A stretch of 63,450 bases of DNA. Source: Girardia tigrina (taxonomy: Eukaryota). Made by a program: the position numbers and the translations under genes. The notes beneath the pieces were generated by a model that saw only the letters and a list, made by a program, of their open reading frames with translations, was not told the DNA's origin and searched no databases. Positions 1 to 12,387 of the stretch are shown here, in pieces. The DNA lies in contig MQRK01236233.1 of the NCBI GenBank assembly GCA_001938485.1, positions 15,977 to 79,426 on the forward strand. Reading direction: 5' to 3'. How positions within the stretch are numbered: position 1 is the stretch's first letter; each line of letters begins with the position of its first letter.

Positions 1-249
1 AAATTATTTCTAAAAATATTAATCCGTTAATTATTTATTTTAAACTTTATTTAAACTTATTCCACTTATAAAATATATTAATTGTTATTAATGTAAACAT
101 ATTTTAAATACGTATTTATGTTATCATAATTTTACTCTACATTTTAATTTTCTAATTTATTTCCTTTAAACTTTCAAAATTAAGAAAATAATAAACCAAT
201 TTGTCGAAACTTAAAACTAACCCCTCATAGTCATACAATCAACACGTTA

Positions 250-600
250 TCAATTAATCATGTAAAAACCCTCAATAAAGTTGTCGAGAGTTCTCCAATT
301 TAGGATCCAAAGATCTTACTTATAACGCTTCACACGCCACTCTCACAATAATTCTTGAATTAAGTGCACAGAATTTTAAATTTATGGATGTTTATGTCCC
401 CTTTACAATGTTTACTATGTCCAGCAATATTACTTCCACTTTCCTTACGACTGTGTTCCTGGATTCTCTTACAGAGCTGACACGAAGTCTCTCCAATGTG
501 TGTGGCATTACACTCGTTACATGTATATTGGTAAATGAGGTCCGAACATAATCCTAACGGTGTTGAAGATTTATTACTAAACATACTTTCAATTTTTTTA
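250..600 (-). mobile_element. Penelope-like element fragment, GIY-YIG endonuclease C-terminal region
   Basis: ORF 360..584 LIYQYTCNECNATHIGETSCQLCKRIQEH...HSKHC matches the PLE GIY-YIG pattern (VY-x-x-x-C-x-x-C-x-x-x-YIGET...R-x-x-EH). Confidence 0.75.
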
Positions 601-699
601 AAATTATTTTAACAGTAAATTATTTAACAGTATTATCTACTGCTTTTAATAAATAATTCAATAATAATATAATAAAATAATAATATAAAAATAAAAGTA

Positions 700-2176
700 T
701 TAGGTGTATAACTTAGTTTTTTGGATTTTTTTGCAGAACAGACAAGTTTATTTATATGACATAATAAGTTTTATTCTAATCAAAATATTTTCCATCGTTA
801 ATTATGACTTTCGACCATCTTTCAGGCAAAATAAGTTTTGGTCTTTTGATGCGATCCATTGTTCCAGCCATTTTTTATATGTTCCTGGTTTCTGAAGTGC
901 TGGTCCCGAAGAGCACTTTGCATTGATCGGAACAGATGATAATCTGATGGGGCACAATCTGGTGAATAGGCAGTGTGAGATATTATAGAATTAAATTAAT
1001 TAAATGAAATATTACACAATCACCAAATTTAGAATAATTCTAAATTTGTATTATATAACAATTACGGGGTCGAGAACAGAGTTAACCTTTGACTCTCCAT
1101 TTATTATGTATATAACTGATGTATGTGTGTTTGTGGTTTAGTTTATTTAAATATATTTTAGTACCGATCTTTTGTCTTCTAACAGGCAGCATGCGGTAGA
1201 ATTTCCCATTTAAGTGCTTCCAACGTGTTTTTTAATTGTTTTGCGAAATGTGGCCGAGCATTGTCATGGAGCAAAATCACTATTCACTGTTTGTTGGCTG
1301 GAATAGGACGTTTTTCCTTCAATGCATCGTTCAATTTAATTAACTGTTGTTAGTAACGTTCTGCATTAACAGTTTCATTCGAATTCAGCAGCTCATAGTA
1401 CAGTACACCATTCTGATCCCACCAAATGCACAACATAACCTTGCTTCCATGAATGTTTCTTTTTGCTGTTGACGTGGACGGTTCGCCGGGATGNNNNNNN
1501 NNNNNNNNNNNNNNNNNNNNNNNNNNNNNNNNNNNNNNNNNNNNNNNNNNNNNNNNNNNNNCCATCTTCGTTGTCTTGTAAGCAATGAATTGAATATCAG
1601 TAATCGACTTTCAATGTTGCTTGATTCAATTCATGTGGTATCCATTTTCCTTCTTTTTGAATCATTTTCATAGCATGTAGACGTTTACTTATGGCTGCTT
1701 GAGTAACATTTAACTGTTTTGCAAGTTCTTTTTCTGTTTGAGTAGAATCTTTCTTCAGTAATGATTTCAAATCTTCATCTTCGAATCTTTTTGGTTGACC
1801 GGAACGCTCTTTGTCACCTACATCGAAATCTCCACTTTTGAAACGTTTATACCAATTCTCGCAAGTCTGTTGAGTTGGTGCATGTTGACCATAAGTTTCT
1901 TCAAGAAGCCGAAAACTGTCTGCAGCTTTTTTCTTTTGATTNNNNNNNNNNNNNNNNNNNNNNNNNNNNNNNNNNNNNNNNNNNNNNNNNNNNNNNNNNN
2001 NNNNNNNNNNNNNNNNNNNNNNNNNNNNNNNNNNNNNNNNNNNNNNNNNNNNNNNNNNNNNNNTAATGCCTCGATTTCAGCACTTTAAAAATCTGTACGT
2101 ACGACTGTAAAATAATGCTTATTACAAAGGTTACACCATCTCTTAGAAAATCCAAAAAACTAAGTTATACACCTAA
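700..2176 (-). mobile_element. Mariner (DD34D) element, degenerate, with gaps
   Basis: About 30-bp TIRs ttaggtgtataacttagttttttggatttt / aaaatccaaaaaactaagttatacacctaa flanked by TA. Motifs KVMLCIWWDQNGVLYYELL and WEILPHAA|YSPDCAPSDYHLFRSMQ. Confidence 0.92.
974..1184. mobile_element. Solo LTR inserted in the mariner transposase
   Basis: TG...CA termini and a 5-bp TSD GGCAG (969-973, 1185-1189). Removing it restores the HAAYSPD motif. Confidence 0.85.
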
Positions 2177-2614
2177 TACATTGAAGAATAATTAAGAAAT
2201 AATTAAAAAATATTTGGGTACAACTCAGTTTCCGTCTCCACCAAAAAAGAAAACTTTATATTCAGGGTTAGAATATGGATTATTATTAATAATAATTGTA
2301 TTAATAAATTATAATAATAAACTAGTTAATTAAGTAATAATAAATGAGTAGTAATTATGATAATTAATTAATAACTAAAATAATAATAATATAATAAAAA
2401 TAATTGAATAGTAATTTTTAAAATTTCGCGTAAACACCGTTTTGCTTCTCTTTGTCTCTCTCCTATTTTTATATATTTAATAATCGATCTAATAAAAATA
2501 ATTAAGATTACAAATAATTGAATAAGTAATTTTTTAAAATAATAATAAGTAAATGATTAATAATATGATAATAATAATAATTAAAAAACGCTATTTTAAA
2601 ATTCAATCATTTAT

Positions 2615-2660
2615 TGATGCAATACGTTTCGACGGAATATGCGTCATCATTAGGCATTTC
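2615..2660 (-). ncRNA. Degenerate minimal hammerhead ribozyme (Penelope pLTR-type)
   Basis: Minus strand ATGC-CTAATGA-T-GACG-catattc-CGTC-GAAACGTATT-GCAT followed by AATAAA. The core carries a CTGATGA->CTAATGA change. Confidence 0.45.
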
Positions 2661-3159
2661 TGATCCCAGCTGTTAAGCTTATATATATTAAAATGATGAT
2701 TATTAAATCAATTGTGTAATTACTGTTTTACGTAATTTATCTTCCAAAATAATATTAATATAAATAATAAAAATAATTGAATAATAATTTTATAAATTTA
2801 TAAATAATAATATAATAACACTATTCTTGATCACAGTAATAAATAATTAATAAATAATTATTAAATAATTAAAAATTTCAAAAAATGAAAGCAAATTTAT
2901 GGCAAATCAATTTATCAGAATTAATCGCAGCCATCAAACTAATATTCTGTCATCTGTTAGCCGGAAGATTTCAAACAAATCAATTACGTTTTAACAGAAG
3001 TTTAAAAAATTGTATTTATAATTTACATTTATTTTTATTTTGGAATGAAATTGTTTTATATTTCAGAATAAAAAAAACTAAATTCTAAATTACAGTTTTT
3101 TTTACATTTTGAAATCACTCTGTAAAATACATTAATAAATAATTAAAATATAAATAATT

Positions 3160-4139
3160 GAATTCATAAATTATGTCACACGAAAAATGACTTTTTTAAC
3201 CCCCTCCCCTCTCTGTCACAAAATCTCAACCCTCTTTGTGACGTCACAAAAAATCGTTAATTTTTTTTATGAAGAAAAATACTATAATTCACATTTTTTA
3301 GTTCATAAATATCCTTTGTATTCAAAAGTCCATATATTTTTCAAGTGTGTTTTAATATAAATCAAAGGAATGTTTCCATCGAGAGTGCATAGATCATGTT
3401 CAATTACTTGAGCATCGAGATGTTCTTCGTTTATCCATTCGACATCTTCATCAATTTCAATCAAGATTTCTTTCTTTCGCTTTGCTATTACTCATTTTGG
3501 TTTCTCTTTAGTGTTGGTAATTCGATTATGGATCCTCGCACGATGAACTTTTAACATTTCGGTTATCCATTTAAAATAAAATGACTAATTTCTATTCTAA
3601 GATTTTATTAATTATATTTTATTAATTATAATTATCTATAATCTCGACTATTTTATGGGGAAAATAGTGATGTTATAATGACTCACATTTTAGAAGCCTT
3701 TTCATTGGTTTACACTCTCAAACACACACATACCATCAACATACATTCAATATCAGACAAGTAACCCAATGTAAATTTCAGTCTGCACATACTCGACTTG
3801 ACAATTTGGCTTATAGAAGGACAATATGTATCAGAAGGAATATTCTGACTGGAAAATGCCTGATTTTGAAATGCATTCATAAACTTTGCACCACCATCTT
3901 AATATACACTTTATACACCAATTTAGTCGAAATAATAAAAAATTAAATTATGAAAAACTCATTCTTCAAATTTTATCATTGATTACTTAAATATTTTAGA
4001 ATTTGATACCATTGACTTTTATCTTATAAAATCTTTGTGAAGTCACAAATTATCATACCCCTCTCCTTCTGTCACAAAATGTCCTAAACTTCTAGACCCC
4101 CTCCCCCCTAAAAGTGTGGCATAATTTATGAACGGTCCC
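3160..4139. mobile_element. Non-autonomous TIR DNA transposon (possibly Zator-like)
   Basis: Inverted ends ttcataaattatgtcacac / gtgtggcataatttatgaacggtccc, with C-rich subterminal blocks at both ends. Superfamily uncertain. Confidence 0.55.
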
Positions 4140-4382
4140 GAAGAATTAATAATTAATCGAAAATTCACAAAACAATGAAAGATTAAAATCGAAATTCCAA
4201 ATAATGTTTTGATTTGTGAGTATTGATTTGGAACTTTAGGGCGATGTTCATTTGTAGTTAACTAAAATTGCTTTTCCGATTTTAAAGAATGTGTGGTAAA
4301 ATTTGTCCTTTCATGAAAACTAATCAAATCCTTTTACTCATCACCATCCAATAATGTTAACTGATGTCTAGGGCGATTTTTT

Positions 4383-5333
4383 TTACTTTAAAAATTGGTA
4401 TGAATAAACGCAGTAGATAAATGAATTAATTCGGAAGATAAATAAATGAACCCAGAAGATAAATTTAGATGATTGTTCACCAAATGCTGACTTGAATCCA
4501 ATGGTCGTTGCGTCTGCGGCATCTGCTATTAATGTGTCAAGTTCATAATAAAAGTTGTCAAATTGTTTGACACATGTCTTAATTGATTTGAATATGAATT
4601 TGAAATCTTGGTTGTCTTCATTTGTGCAAATTGCTATGCCGAATGCATGAAAGCTTTTCTTTTTATCTTTTTTTCCAACTATTAACATTGGATATCCTTG
4701 ATAAATCAGTTTGTATATTGTATCTGCACAAAGGTGTTTCAATTTTTTGTATAATGAGGTCAATTGTCTTGTTGTTATCCAGATATTGAATTTGGGTTCC
4801 ATTTTAATAGTTCATGGCTTCACTTCCCTGTCACATTGATGCCTTACGTAAATATGCTTTAAACATTGGTTGTCTGGGATTTAGCTTCTCACACTGCATC
4901 ATTTGTCTTATTTTGCTAAATTAATACTTTTGTTAATTACTTTTATTAAATTAATGTTTTGGATCCTTTTTTTCTTGATTACCTGGATGAAGTTGCGTAT
5001 TTGAATTCAATTAGGCAGCTGTCTATTAGAAAATTTGTTTTTCATGTTTTATTTTATTTGATTTGGTTTTTGAAAGTCCATAAATATGGCATCAATCTCT
5101 TTTATCTCATCCGGTATTCCACGATTGTTTAGCTTCCCATGCCCATTGTGAATTGTCTCTGATCGATACACTGACACGTCTTCTTTGTCGTGGTGATAAA
5201 TCATGAACATTTTGGCTGGGCATCCATAAGAAGCTTTGAATTTACATTTGTTGAATTTCTTCATTCCATCAGTTCGCCAGTCCCGTAGATCTGATTTCAC
5301 CCATAAATTGTCTTGCGTTGCATAGTCTATCAC
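4383..5333 (-). mobile_element. Mutator/MULE transposase remnant
   Basis: YKLIYQGYPMLIVGKKDKKKSFHAFGIAICTNED...LIADAADA (MULE domain), preceded by a C-x7-C...H-x2-H WRKY/FAR1-like zinc finger (5049-5333). Confidence 0.8.
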
Positions 5334-5498
5334 TAAATGTTTTTATCTTTTCGTACGCTGTATTTTTTCACTCCTTTTTTTGAATCTTGCACTATTTTAT
5401 CTACTTACTGAGATGTTGTTGGTTTATTTGAGATTTTGAGGAAGTTTTCTTCACTGGAATCATCTTTTAGGTTCCTGACTTCTTCTTTATTGTAAAAT

Positions 5499-6060
5499 TT
5501 ATTTATTATCTATTGCTATTATGTAAAACACAACGTTTTTAGGGCTAAAATTCTTATCTTTAGCAAGTAATTTACCGAGAAGAGAGAAACTTCTCTCTAC
5601 TCGGGCCGATGTTGGCTGACATTTCAATAAGATTACATAATCAGTCTGAGAAACGGTGTCTGACTCCACTGTAAGAAGTTTAACAATATCGTTTTTGTGC
5701 AAGCGATTTTCTATGTACTCCTTAATTTTGACTGGATCATTGCCAAAACTGAGAGCTTTTATCTGTGAGTAAAGATTTTCAATAGTGCAGGTTGAAAGTT
5801 CAGCAAATGTAACCAAATCATTAATTTGAAGATAAGTTGAGCATCTTTCAAACATATTTTGAACGACATCAGTGGATTGAATAGATTCTTTTGCTTTAGC
5901 AACTATGATGTCATCTCTATCAACAGATAAAACAATCCTTTTTAATATTGGTAGATTTTGTGAATAGCAATGGGCTGCTGACAGCCAAGTAACAACTGGT
6001 TCAGGTGGACTTCCTATATTAGATAATAATTGCTATCTACCTTTATTTTTAATAGTAAGC
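5499..6060 (-). mobile_element. hAT-type transposase C-terminal remnant
   Basis: PPEPVVTWL... upstream and PTSARVERSFSLLGKLL dimerisation-domain motif. Confidence 0.7.
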
Positions 6061-6629
6061 GATATCTTATGTGTTCAGTGGAATTTACACGATTGATTTT
6101 GCTTTTACCAGGTAATTTTCACAATTTTCGATAGTGCAGTGTCTCTTCATTGCAAACCCTTTCTTTTTCAATATTCAATTCAGACAGTTTTGTTCAAGAA
6201 TCTGCTTTATTTTTTTAGTATTTGTGATGCATTATGCAGCACTTTATAATCAATCTATGACCTTTTAATGATATTAAATGAATTGTGAGTAGTAGATCAT
6301 TTTCAGACATGTCTTCAACTTGTTTAGTTTATTAACAGCAAGATTGCCAAAGTGTAGATTATTTAACTAAAGAATCGTGTTAGTTTGTCTCAACTGAATC
6401 CAGATCATCTTTTATATTTGCATAAACTTATTCTTCATTTATTATCAATCCTAATAGAATCTGATTTTATAAGTCGCATTTTAATAATTGATTGCAGATA
6501 TTGCAAATAAATTATCTTTTGTTTGTATATAGTCTAGATTAGGTAAAATGTTTTATTGACAAACGATAAATTCTCTGTTTCTCTGTACCAATAAATATCA
6601 TCTTTTATAATCCTTTTGTCCTTTTGTTT

Positions 6630-6974
6630 TAGAGAACAATTATTCGAACAAATTTTCGTTTTATACATTTAAATTATTTTCTGATTTTATTTTTAAGTTT
6701 ACTTTAATTACAATATTTTTTTCCTAAAATTATTTTAATTTCAAAATGGTTTTATTTAAAAACATTTATTTAATCGATTTAAAATTCAGTTTAATCTTAT
6801 TTACTTTATCAAAGTTTTAATATTCAAATATTTAATATTTTTAGTAATTTAAAATTTAAATCATGCTCAAACAATCATCACGACCATTAAAAACTAATCT
6901 TTTTTCCATCTGGGTAGCAGAAACACACTTCCAAATAATAAACTCTACATACTAAATTTAAAATATTCCTCACA
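6630..6974 (-). repeat. TGTGAGGAATATT-family LTR-like repeat
   Basis: Starts TGTGAGGAATATTTT with a downstream TTCTGCTACCCAGATGG block. Aligns by eye over about 350 bp with 58300-58705. Confidence 0.6.
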
Positions 6975-7031
6975 CTTATATTTGAAATTAATATACATAA
7001 TAAGTATAATCATACCAAAAAAAATTTGGTG

Positions 7032-7395
7032 TACAAGCTTTTATAATTTGTCATATGTTTGCGGTTCTTATCTATTTCACCAACTTCCCACATTTTTTGA
7101 CTGAATTATCAAAGCCTACTATGCGAAAACCCGCTTTCTATTTGCATTTAGATGTAGCAAATTTCAAAGCCTACTACTGAGGAAAACATGAGAACGACAC
7201 TTTAATTACTTTTTTGCGGCCAAACTAAAGGCGGTAGATGAGCAGTGACAGTGAAAAAGTGTATTGTCACCTAGAATACATCAGTCCTGAAAGTTTCATG
7301 TCGCTAGGTGAACGGGAAGTGGATGAATTTTCGATCGCAAGATTTGATGCATCCAGACAGACAAACAAACAAATGAAATGTAATAAAAGCTTGTA
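7032..7395 (+). mobile_element. Helentron/HINE (DINE-1-like) non-autonomous element
   Basis: Terminal inverted tacaagcttttat / ataaaagcttgta and a 3' (GACA)(AACA)n microsatellite. Homologous copy at about 52790-53122. Confidence 0.55.
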
Positions 7396-7718
7396 ATAAT
7401 AATAATTATTTGGTAATTTGATAGAATTTTAATTTCATTCTTGAAAATAAACGAAAAGATTGCTATGTAATACAGTGTATAAATTTGTAGATAATCGTAA
7501 GTGGTTTTTTGCAAAAAAAATTAAAAAAAATTATTTTTTTTCAAACATTTTCAAGAACGTTATTCAATAATTTAATATACTTAAGAATTTAGATAAATTT
7601 ATTTTAAATATATGATAATGAAAAATGATTTTAAAAGATCATTCTTTCCCGATGGGATGGAGCACTGTCGAGTTTGACCCTTGATTATTATTTGTTTAAT
7701 TGTAATTTTTAATAATAG

Positions 7719-7818
7719 TTAAAAACGAATTCTGAAAATGAAAGTTTCTTAATCAATCCTTTGGGGCTTTTGTATCGAGAAATAACAGCGTCTTCACTAG
7801 TGAAGATCAATATTAACG
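7719..7818 (+). CDS. ADD/hts: Adducin exon (aldolase-II-like head): LKTNSENESFLINPLGLLYREITASSLVKININ(G)
   Basis: AG at 7717-18 and GT at 7819-20. Matches adducin FLI-x-PFGLLY-x-EVTASSLVK. Phase 1 end fits the next exon. Confidence 0.9.
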
Positions 7819-7830
7819 GTTTGTATTTTG

Positions 7831-7867
<37 letters not shown>

Positions 7868-7868
<1 letters not shown>

Positions 7869-9232
7869 GGGTGCCCATAAGTAATCGTACACTTGTCACA
7901 ATAATGAATTCATTTATTTATCTCAAAATTACATAATTTTTAATCCAGTTGAATTAACAGATATTTTTTTCTGGAAAACACAGCTTCTTTTAGAATACGC
8001 CATAAAACGAAATCATCGGGTGTTAGGTCAGAATAACGTACCGGTCAATCAGTCGTCCCTCTATTACCTATCCAACTTGGAAACATTTCATTCAGGAATG
8101 TGCTAACAATATTTGCAAAATGAAGGAGTGCATCATCCTGTATAAAAATAATCTTACCAAGATCGTCATTCTGCAGCTCAGGTAGTAGAAATTTGTGTAG
8201 CAATGTAAGGTATGTCTCACCGCTGACTGTATCTTGAAAGAAATAAGGCCCCCGCACACCGGAACTTCGAATAGCTGCCCAGATACAAACTCCAGGAGAT
8301 TGAACTTCCATTAAAAGATGAGGATTGGCTTCGGCATAATAAACTGAATTATGCCTATTCACCTGTCCGGTTAAATGAAATGTTGCTTCATCTCTGATGA
8401 ATCATCAGATAATAAGATTCGGTCTTCCACAATTGGATCTTCTTCTGTAGCAATTAAATACCACTCGCAGAACTGAGATCGGCGATCTATGTCATCTTCA
8501 TTGAGTGCGTGAACCAATCGTGGTCTCTACAGTCTCAACCGTAGATTTATCATGATTCTCTGTAATGATGTTCGGGGATATGCCTTTGAAGGCTAGTTCG
8601 AACTTGCGATGTGCTTGGATTTTCATGGTAGAAACTGGGTCACTGTTTCTCTTTTGTGCAGACTTCTATTTAAAACAAGTCGAGGCTTTTCTTAGCATAA
8701 TGAACACTGCCAGTCTTTCGAAATTTTATCTTCGATGCATATACAGCCTGCGAATGCTGTCTGTACAGATGGAGCATCTCCTTGAAAACTCCTTTCCAAA
8801 ATAAAAATTCTTTCTTCATTAAATTATAATATACCATCGCTAGTCGACACTCAACTGAGATTCAATGACAAAAGTGAAATTGACATTTACGTACTTAGCC
8901 AACCGAGCGAACAAAGTTCTATAATATTGATTTACTAATATTGAAGTCAGCAGTAAGATTGCATTATGCATTATGATGAACTTTTGGCAATTATTGACGC
9001 AATCAATAATAATTAATTTAAAATTATCAATTTAACTGTTTGTTGATATCAAATATAAGGTTACTTATGGTCACGTTCTCCCGACCTAACACCCGGTCAT
9101 TTCGCTTTATTGGGTATTCTAAAAGAAGTTGTGTTTTCCAGAAATCCTAAGTGTTAATTCAACTGGATTGAAAATTGTGTAATTTTATGATAAATAAATG
9201 AATTCATTATTGTGACAAGTGGGCACCCCTGT
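7868..9232 (-). mobile_element. Tc1/IS630-family (maT/rosa-like) element, degenerate
   Basis: VCIWAAIRSSGVRGPYFF...FIQDDA...WIG motifs. Inverted ends with gggtgccc...cacttgtcacaataatgaattcattt. Confidence 0.8.
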
Positions 9233-9485
9233 ATATATTATTGTCTTGTAAATACTAATGTTATATTTTTGAAAAAAAAGAAATATCAAATTAGAATTCA
9301 CAAAGTAAAGCTGTCTCAGTTCTTACAATCTTTAATTAATAAAAAATTGTACGATTATATCCATAACGTTCTATGATTTTACATTTTTATTTTAAATATA
9401 ACATTTAAAAGCATTTAAATTAACATTAACAATTTTTACGTTACAAATTTATTATTGCTGATGATGTATGAGACATATTCGTATA

Positions 9486-9845
9486 TTAGGTTAGTCGAAA
9501 AATAATGGCGGTTTTGAGACACAAACTTCAAAGACGTGCAAATTCACAGAAGCAAAAGTTTATTAATCAAAGTATGAACCGTTGGCATCAATACATTTTT
9601 GCCAACGAGAAACAAGTTGTTTTATTCCATCATCATAAAATGCATCGGTTCTCGAAGCGACGAATTCTTGAAAGGCATTTTGAGCATCATTTTGGTTTTT
9701 TAAAATTTTTTCACGTAGGAAGTTGTACAAATGCCTGAAAAAGTAGAAGTCCGTTGGCGAGAGGTCTAGTGAATATGGTGGATGAAGCAGGGTTTCATAG
9801 CCAAACTCATTAAGCTTTTGAAGTTGGCAATTTTTGCAGATTTGG
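9486..9845 (-). mobile_element. Mariner 3' fragment
   Basis: GYETLLHPPYSLDLSPTDFYFF...RWQKCIDANGSYFD, plus TIR ttaggttagtcgaaaaataatggcgg. Confidence 0.85.
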
Positions 9846-9849
9846 TAAA

Positions 9850-10745
9850 TCATATGAACAATTTAAATTTAAAATTACTAGGTGAAAGTAATTTAATTTG
9901 CAATTTTTACACAAATATATAGGCATTCAGAGCAAAGTTGCTAATGCTAGAAAGCCAAATAAACAATTATAATTTTACACATATGCAATGCTGTGCAGAA
10001 TTGTATAAAACGTGCCAAGGGACATTTCCTTTGCCTTTCGCAATTATAGTTATCGAAGACATAAAACAACAATTCTGGAAACGTTTTGCTGAACTGGATG
10101 CTAATGCTGCGGAAATAAGGTTTTTTCAAAATCCGTTTGATTGTGATATTGGAAATATTCCAACCCATTTTCAAATGGAAGTAATTGAACTGCAGGCAGA
10201 TGAACGTATTAAAGATAAATATAAGGAAGAAAACTTGATTGATTTTTATAAAAATTTAGATTTGGACCACTTTCCAAATTTAAAAAAATTTGCTTGCCAG
10301 TTTATTTCTATGTTTGGCACGACTTAGCTTTGCGAACAATTTTTTTCTAAAATGAAGTATATCAAATCATAATACAGAACTTCTTTGTCAGACTCACATT
10401 TAAAATCCTTACTTATGGTTTGTGCTTCGAAGATTTTACCGGATTACTCAGATATTTTACTAAATCAACAACAGTTACACCATTCTCACTAGTTAGACCT
10501 GCTAATCGTCCAATTTTTTGAAAAAATAGTTTTTAAATGGAATTTAATGTTATTGTTTTGAATATATTTTCAAAATTTTCACTATCATGTAATTACAATT
10601 ATAATTTTATATGTTCATATTATTAATAAACTTAACATTTATCTGTGTATTCACTGATTATGCGTTTTTAATATCATAATTTGTATATGTGGCCCGCGGG
10701 ACTATCTTCCAATGCACCATCTGGCCCGTTTTTCAAAAGTTTGGA
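9850..10745 (+). mobile_element. hAT (SPIN/Buster/GTF2IRD2-like) 3' remnant
   Basis: FQNPF...QMEVIELQ...FPNLKKFACQFISMFGTT*LCEQFFSKMK, and tggccc subterminal motifs at 10690-10730. Confidence 0.8.
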
Positions 10746-11453
10746 TTTCGATTTAAAGTATCGAGATTTGTTGAACTTACCATTAAACTTGTTCAAATTT
10801 TATTTGATTTAAATACACCTGTATTGATCATCTTATAATTAATATTTTTTATGAATACGGATATTGACGGTAACTATCAGTTTTTAAAGTAAATCGGAAT
10901 ATTCACATATTCCTAATTATTGCTGATCTTATTCGAAGTGACCAAATAGAATAAACGATTTTTATAAATGGTTCTTTTCATTCTTGTTGGAATCCGAACT
11001 GGTATTAAGATTATCTATCCACGTTATTCGAATATTCCGCTTAATCATTTATCAATTATATGCAATACAATTTATCTATTTCCTAAAATTTGTTCTACGA
11101 TTAATTATTTTTGTTGAAACACTATTCAAGTTACTATTTTTCTAGTCAAAGACTAATACAGTAGAATAATAGATTTTCATAATTTGTTATTTCCAGAACC
11201 TTTTCATATTTTCTGATACATGTAATTCATTTTCCCTTTGTTTCCACTGTGTTATTTACCGATAAAGTATATTGTAATTTACAATAAATGCTTAACCGAA
11301 ACAAATGTTATTTATAACATAATTTTAATTTTCACAGATGATAAAATTAACATTTATTAAAAATATTTGATGATGAGATTGTTTTATTTTTCCAATTTTG
11401 AATATAAACCAATGAATAATAGTAGGTTATAAATAACGACAAAAATATTTCAG

Positions 11454-11584
11454 GAGGCACTTTAGATCCTGGAAGCTCAGTTTTCGGGATAAACAAGGCC
11501 GGTTGGAGTTTACACGCAGCCCTGCACAGTAGTAGACCGGATGTTAGATGTATAATTCATACACATGTACCAGATGTCATTGCG
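11454..11584 (+). CDS. ADD/hts: Adducin exon: (G)GTLDPGSSVFGINKAGWSLHAALHSSRPDVRCIIHTHVPDVIA
   Basis: Acceptor tttcag at 11448-53 and GT at 11585. Matches adducin GS-x-x-LGVN-x-AGF-x-LHSAI-x-x-x-RPDVKC-x-x-H-x-H. Phases 1 and 0 are consistent with the neighbouring exons. Not in the ORF track. Confidence 0.92.
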
Positions 11585-11710
11585 GTTATTAATTATTATG
11601 TCTATTGGAATGATCTTCATTTTAAATAATATAAAAAATAAACTATAAAATCTGAAATAGATAATATCTTTAAGTATTCTAGTTAGTGACATTTGAGTTA
11701 TTTAAACATT

Positions 11711-11755
<45 letters not shown>

Positions 11756-12387
11756 TTAAATTGATTTTTAACCTTTTAAAAAATAAAAAAAAATTTCCAA
11801 GTACTTTTCAACCCCTTAACAAAACATTTTCAACCTTTTACAAATAAATTCAAATTTTTGCAAAAATAAATATTATTGATTTAAAAACCCTATATAACTT
11901 GTACAGAATAAAGTTTTGTAAAATAAGTTTAAACTTTAAAAAAGTCATGAATTTTGAAAATTTGAAAATATATATTAAGTTGAAATTTATTTGTTAAAGG
12001 TTCAAAATTATTTCAAAATACATAATGGTTGTTATTAATATCTTTTTCTGAAAACTTTGTTGAATATTTTTGAATAATAAAAATATTTTAATTTACAAGT
12101 CCTATTTTATATTTCCTTCTAGTTTAAATATCGTTCAATAATATTGTAATTAATTAATAACTCACCTGTTTGTTAAGGTTTTGTAATCACCTGAAATAAA
12201 AGTACATCTCAGCACAATGTCACATTAAATTTTATTGATTTATTACTAATAAATAAATACAAGCCTATTTATCATTGATTGCGTATCACTAGAGAACATT
12301 TTTATTGTTACAAATTTTTAAAAAAGACCGAAGGCTTGTATAGACTTTATCTTGAGAAACATGAAACTACATACTTATTATACACCC

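Noticed and set aside
805-828. CCTGAAAGATGGTCGAAA (-) resembling a hammerhead core
   Set aside because: It is the mariner C-terminal coding sequence LPERWSKVI.
1491-2155. ORFs spanning N-runs (also 52736-53122, 55436-55713)
   Set aside because: Artefacts of assembly gaps.
11426-11453. Alternative upstream acceptor giving VINNDKNIS
   Set aside because: Phase 0 is incompatible with the phase-1 end of the exon at 7719-7818.
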